Shown here one piece after another: positions 54,759 to 58,811 of a stretch of 58,811 bases of DNA. Below the pieces are notes generated by a model. It had not been told where the DNA came from, made no database searches, and saw nothing but the letters and a program-made list of their open reading frames with translations. The DNA lies in IMG/VR virus record IMGVR_UViG_3300001242_000005, positions 1 through 58,811 of that record; one strand, given 5' to 3'. The DNA comes from a virus (Duplodnaviria; Caudoviricetes). Positions within the stretch are counted from its first letter, which is position 1, and each line of letters starts with the position of its first letter. A program made the translations under genes and the position numbers.

Positions 54759-56455
54759 CGAGAGCAATACCACGATTGCAGCCGGGGCTGTTCGACGAAC
54801 TGGCGGTAGATAATTTTGCGGGGGGAGGCGGGGCGAGCCTGGCGATGGAGTGGGGGCTTGGTCGGGCGGTCGATATCGCCATCAATCACGACGGAGAGGC
54901 GGTTGTAATGCATTCCGCCAATCATCCCTACGCCAGGCACTACCGGGAGGACGTGTGGAATATCGATCCCATTGCCGTGTGCAAGGGCCGTCCTGTCGGG
55001 CTGGCGTGGTTTTCTCCAGACTGCAAGCATCACAGTAAAGCCAAAGGTGGAAAGCCGGTAGCGCGAAATATTCGCGGGCTGGCCTGGGTGGTAGTGAGGT
55101 GGGCGGTAAAGGTGCGGCCGCGGGTGATCATGCTGGAAAACGTCGAAGAGTTTGCCGAGTGGGGGCCGCTGGTACCGGCCTGTGATGAGAAGGGTCGGAA
55201 AAAACTCGATGCGACCGGCAACGAGATCCTTATGCCGTGCAAGTACAACAAAGGCAAAACCTTTTACCTATGGGTATCCAGGCTGGAGCGGCTTGGATAT
55301 AAGGTCGACTGGCGGGAACTGAGGGCTTGTGACTACGGCGCCCCGACCATCCGGAAGCGACTGTTTCTGGTGGCCAGGTGCGACGGTATGCCGATTGTCT
55401 GGCCGGAACCGACACACGGCGATCCCCGGGGGGAAGGAGTGCGGAGCGGAAAGTTGCTGCCGTGGAGGACTGCTGCGGATTGCATCGACTGGAGTATTCC
55501 GTGTCCGTCGATCTTTGAGCGGAAAAAGCCGCTTGCCGATGCTACGCTGCGGCGGATTGCGAAGGGTGTCATGCGGTATGTGGTGAATTGTGCCGAGCCG
55601 TTTATTGTCACGTATTACGGCGATAAAGGCTGGAGTGGAGATTTTCGCGGGCAAGGGATGGACGATCCGCTGGCGACCCAGACCACTGAAAATCGGCATG
55701 CTTTGGTTGTGCCGGTATTCACCGAATGCGCAAATGCATCGTCTCCCCGTTGTATGGATGCAGGAGAACCGCTGCGGACCATATGCGCAAATCCGAAAGG
55801 AGGGCATCATGCCTTGGTTGAGGCGTTTCTTGCCAAACATTATGGTGGTGTCGTTGGTTCAGAGTTGGAAAAACCTATTGGTACTGTGACTTCAGTCGAC
55901 CATCACTCGCTTGTCACTGCGTCGGTGGTGCGGCAATTTGGGAAAAGCGTGGGGGCTGGGGTGGAAGATCTTGTTGGCACAGTGACTGCCGGCGGTGGCG
56001 GAAAAACAGTCCTGGTGACATCCAGCCTGGTCAAGCTGCGCGGCACCTGTAAGGACGGCCAGGCAGTTATTTCTCCAATGCCGACCGTAACCGCGACAGG
56101 TACACATATCGGAGAGGTCAGGGCATTTCTGCTGAAGTACTATGGCAGCGACCAGGCCCCGGAGATGCTGGAGCCCTTGCATACCGTTACGACCAAAGAC
56201 AGGTTTGGATTGGTGACGGTAAGAGGGGAGCAATACCAGATTGTCGATATAGGTCTGCGCATGCTGTCGCCGCGTGAGTTGTTCAGGGCTCAAGGTTTCC
56301 CGGATGAGTATATCATCGATCCGGTTGTAAACGGCAAGCCTTTGACAAAGACAGCGCAAGTAAGGATGTGCGGAAATTCTGTGTCGCCGTGGCCGGCGGC
56401 GGCACTGGTACGGGCGAATGTGAGATTGGCTTCCGGTGCGAGGTTGGTGGCGTGA
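54755..56455 (+). CDS. C5 cytosine DNA methyltransferase
   Basis: FAGGGG, SPDC, ENV, R.RLF, AQGFP and GNSV; long variable region with repeated P..T.T units. Confidence 0.92.
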   Translation: MTRAIPRLQPGLFDELAVDNFAGGGGASLAMEWGLGRAVDIAINHDGEAVVMHSANHPYARHYREDVWNIDPIAVCKGRPVGLAWFSPDCKHHSKAKGGKPVARNIRGLAWVVVRWAVKVRPRVIMLENVEEFAEWGPLVPACDEKGRKKLDATGNEILMPCKYNKGKTFYLWVSRLERLGYKVDWRELRACDYGAPTIRKRLFLVARCDGMPIVWPEPTHGDPRGEGVRSGKLLPWRTAADCIDWSIPCPSIFERKKPLADATLRRIAKGVMRYVVNCAEPFIVTYYGDKGWSGDFRGQGMDDPLATQTTENRHALVVPVFTECANASSPRCMDAGEPLRTICANPKGGHHALVEAFLAKHYGGVVGSELEKPIGTVTSVDHHSLVTASVVRQFGKSVGAGVEDLVGTVTAGGGGKTVLVTSSLVKLRGTCKDGQAVISPMPTVTATGTHIGEVRAFLLKYYGSDQAPEMLEPLHTVTTKDRFGLVTVRGEQYQIVDIGLRMLSPRELFRAQGFPDEYIIDPVVNGKPLTKTAQVRMCGNSVSPWPAAALVRANVRLASGARLVA

Positions 56456-57309
56456 TGGCAACGACAAAAATACATTGGGCGGATAAGGTTTGGAACCCGG
56501 TAACCGGCTGCAGCAAGGTTTCTTCCGGCTGCGAGAATTGTTATGCCGAGAAGATGAGTAAGCGGCTTGCAGGACGATATGGGTACCACAAAGATGAGCC
56601 GTTCAGGGTAACAGTACATCCGGATCGCCTAGGAGAGCCGGGGGAGTGGAAAAAGCCGCAACGGGTTTTTGTCTGCTCCATGGCCGATCTGTTCCATGAT
56701 GATGTGCCGATTGATTTTATCCTGCGGGTTTTTGGCAGGATGAATGCACTGAGACACCATACCTTTATGTTGTTGACCAAGAGACCGGAAAACGCGATGG
56801 AGTTTTGTTTTCATACTGGTTTGACGCCTTCAGGGTTTCCGTTTCCTGCTTGCTCTACTCCGAGCGGGGAAGTGTGGCCGGAAAATGTGTGGCTTGGGGT
56901 AACGGCTGAAAATCAGGAGATGGCTGATAAGCGGATTCCTGTTTTGTTGCAGATTCCTGTAACTGTTCGCTTTGTTTCGGTTGAGCCGATGCTTGGGTCG
57001 GTTGATCTCGAAAGGGTGCAATGGCCAGGAAAACATAAGGTTGATGTGCTACGCAGGGGTGCATGGAATATCCCTGGCGGGATGAGCGGATTTACCAACC
57101 ACAGTGATATGAATGGCATTGATTGGGTAATCTGCGGCGGTGAGTCTGGACAAAAAGCAAGACCTATGCACCTAGAGTGGGCCGAATCTCTTCGCGATCA
57201 ATGCAAAGCCGCTGGGGTTCCATTTTTTATGAAGCAGATGAGCGGAAAGATAAGGGCGGATCGGGATGCAATACCCGCTCATATCGATATTCAGCAGTTT
57301 CCAGGTTGA
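56455..57309 (+). CDS. DUF5131 (Gp37/Gp68, radical-SAM-like) protein
   Basis: WNPVTGCSKVS.GC.NCYA, SMADLFH, LTKRP, GGESG..ARPM and FFMKQ. Confidence 0.9.
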   Translation: MATTKIHWADKVWNPVTGCSKVSSGCENCYAEKMSKRLAGRYGYHKDEPFRVTVHPDRLGEPGEWKKPQRVFVCSMADLFHDDVPIDFILRVFGRMNALRHHTFMLLTKRPENAMEFCFHTGLTPSGFPFPACSTPSGEVWPENVWLGVTAENQEMADKRIPVLLQIPVTVRFVSVEPMLGSVDLERVQWPGKHKVDVLRRGAWNIPGGMSGFTNHSDMNGIDWVICGGESGQKARPMHLEWAESLRDQCKAAGVPFFMKQMSGKIRADRDAIPAHIDIQQFPG

Positions 57310-57312
57310 CGT

Positions 57313-57522
57313 ATGGGGAAAATATCTGTCGAAGATATCCCTCTTGAGGCGATAACCGCTGCTCGTGATGCTATGGCTGATGAGTATTTGTCGAAAAAAA
57401 TTGCACTCGAGCAATCATCTTTCGTTATCCGTCTGCACAAGAAAAGGATTACGGAAAGAATATTAAAAATTGGCCGGTATCTGTCCCAGCTGGACGATTG
57501 GATAAAGGAGATTAGAAGATGA
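57313..57522 (+). CDS. Hypothetical protein
   Basis: ATGA overlap with the next gene. Confidence 0.55.
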   Translation: MGKISVEDIPLEAITAARDAMADEYLSKKIALEQSSFVIRLHKKRITERILKIGRYLSQLDDWIKEIRR

Positions 57523-58373
57523 GCGCTACTATCAGTGTGGATTTAGGTGTTAAGTCATATATGGACTACCACCGAGCAAACTCACGGCCAAATACAATCC
57601 GTGGGTTCGAATATACCCTCAACAAATTTCGGGAACTGTTTTCTGGAAGTGATATCAACGATATTCCTGATGCCGACGTTGCGACTTTACTTGAAATGTT
57701 GACAGACGGCTTGAGCGCATCCACGAAAAGCAACCGCGCCGGGCAAATATCTGCTTTCTTTAATTTTGTGGCCGATACGTTCGAGCTGCAGCATCTGATC
57801 AACCCTTGTGCCAAAGGGATCATCAAAAAGCTTTACAAACAGCCACGGCATACCCCGCCTGAGTTGCTGGATAAAGAAATTGTGGATGAAATTATCTACC
57901 GAGCCCAGGGCAGGGACCGCCTCATGCTCGAACTCATGGGCAGGACGGCAATGCGCATTGGTGAGGTCCTCAATATTCGCCCGGTACATCTCAATATTGA
58001 GGTGAACACCATTTTGATTGAAGAACCGAAATCCGGTAGACAGGGTGAAGTTGTGTACCTGCCTCAGCGATTGATGCGCCGGGTCGATGATTTCGTTAAA
58101 GAGAACTCGATAGCCAGGAATGAGAAGATATTCGATTTGTCGTATAGCACCGCGTTCAGGATGGTTAAAAGTCGTGGTGAGGAGGTCGGTGTGAGGCTCC
58201 GCCCTCATGATCTCAGGCGCCATGCTGCAACCCAGGCGTCGAGGTCGGGCATGGCGCTCGAACTTGTGAGTAAAATTTTACTTCGGCATGCTGATATTGC
58301 GACTACCCAGCGATACCTCGGGAAAGTCTCGGTGGCTGAAGCGAGTAGGGCAATTGAGGATCTATTAGGATGA
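57519..58373 (+). CDS. Third tyrosine recombinase (Xer-like)
   Basis: MRIGEVL, PKSG, HDLRRH, LRH and TQRYL; SAM-like N-terminal domain. Confidence 0.9.
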   Translation: MSATISVDLGVKSYMDYHRANSRPNTIRGFEYTLNKFRELFSGSDINDIPDADVATLLEMLTDGLSASTKSNRAGQISAFFNFVADTFELQHLINPCAKGIIKKLYKQPRHTPPELLDKEIVDEIIYRAQGRDRLMLELMGRTAMRIGEVLNIRPVHLNIEVNTILIEEPKSGRQGEVVYLPQRLMRRVDDFVKENSIARNEKIFDLSYSTAFRMVKSRGEEVGVRLRPHDLRRHAATQASRSGMALELVSKILLRHADIATTQRYLGKVSVAEASRAIEDLLG

Positions 58374-58591
58374 GTATAAGCCAGGTGGCGATATTGATAT
58401 TTTCATCTTCTTCGATCTGGGCGATGGCTGGAATCAAGCATCGGCGTCTTGGGTTTGTCCTTGGGCTGTGCGGTCAACCATTTTGGCTGTACACAACGTA
58501 TGTTTCCGGGCAGTGGGGAATGTTTGTGGTGAGCTGCTGGTTCACGGTGAATCATGTCCGGGGGTTGGTTAATAATTGGCGGGTAGAGTGA
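58370..58591 (+). CDS. Small membrane protein
   Basis: GFVLGLCGQPFW...QWGMF. Confidence 0.65.
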   Translation: MSISQVAILIFSSSSIWAMAGIKHRRLGFVLGLCGQPFWLYTTYVSGQWGMFVVSCWFTVNHVRGLVNNWRVE

Positions 58592-58670
58592 GCAATTCGA
58601 ATATCACCGGGGTATCGGTCGACGATATCAAAATTCTGCGGGAAGCCGCATAGCGGCATGGGGGGGTGGC

Positions 58671-58811
58671 ATGGAAAAACGGAAATCGTATGTCGTGACA
58701 ATGAAAATAACCCCGCCGGTTACAGCGACCAGGACGGAGGTACTTGGCTGGCTGGCTTTTGAAGTCGGCAAAACCGGGTCTTTATCCCTGGATCATCCGC
58801 TGGCGGATTGC
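58671..58811 (+). CDS. 62-aa hypothetical protein spanning the circular join (stop at 147-149)
   Basis: MEKRKSYVVTMKITPP...GYIEIREV* reads without interruption across 58710/1. Confidence 0.6.
   Translation, partial: MEKRKSYVVTMKITPPVTATRTEVLGWLAFEVGKTGSLSLDHPLADC
58711..58811. repeat. Terminal direct repeat, right copy
   Basis: Identical to 1-101. Confidence 0.97.

Noticed and set aside
1-58811. Genome-wide UGA reassignment as the explanation for the in-frame TGAs at 39247 and 39322
   Set aside because: Many genes end in TGA with tight ATGA/GTGA overlaps (e.g. 3714, 7340, 15135, 50344) and long ORFs are intact in the standard code, so any recoding must be site-specific
58711-58811. 101-bp repeat as a biological terminal repeat
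   Set aside because: It falls mid-gene and looks like an assembler overlap of a circular or permuted genome

Overview
The window is an apparently complete, circularly assembled temperate dsDNA phage genome of about 58,710 bp: bases 1-101 are repeated exactly at 58711-58811, and an ORF reads through the join. The architecture is podovirus-like. Late operon 1 (3079-33875) holds terminases, portal, scaffold, an N4-gp56-type capsid, tail and ejection proteins and a 4508-aa polyvalent protein. Late operon 2 (34105-40960) holds appendage and lysis genes. These are followed by an attP matching the 3' half of a tRNA-Gln(CTG), a tyrosine integrase, an HTH+PAS repressor facing a Cro-like gene, and a long early/middle operon (antirepressor, two more tyrosine recombinases, replication initiator, ASCH, DHH, C5 methyltransferase, DUF5131, dNMP kinase). 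The top finding is missed by the ORF track: an 80-codon phospholipase-A2-like gene in the lysis cassette (39190-39432) has two in-frame TGA codons at the positions of two Cys that are disulfide partners in PLA2, with a SECIS-like hairpin after the second. It is therefore a candidate phage-encoded di-selenoprotein. Other highlights are three SD-bearing ORFs nested in the +1 frame of the giant gene, a conserved leader hairpin plus terminator heading both late operons, an integrase N-terminal domain fused to a GIY-YIG nuclease beside attP, and a dispersed gene-boundary repeat next to a second recombinase. A Desulfobacterota-like host is my inference only. All family calls come from motif recognition by eye; no searches were run.
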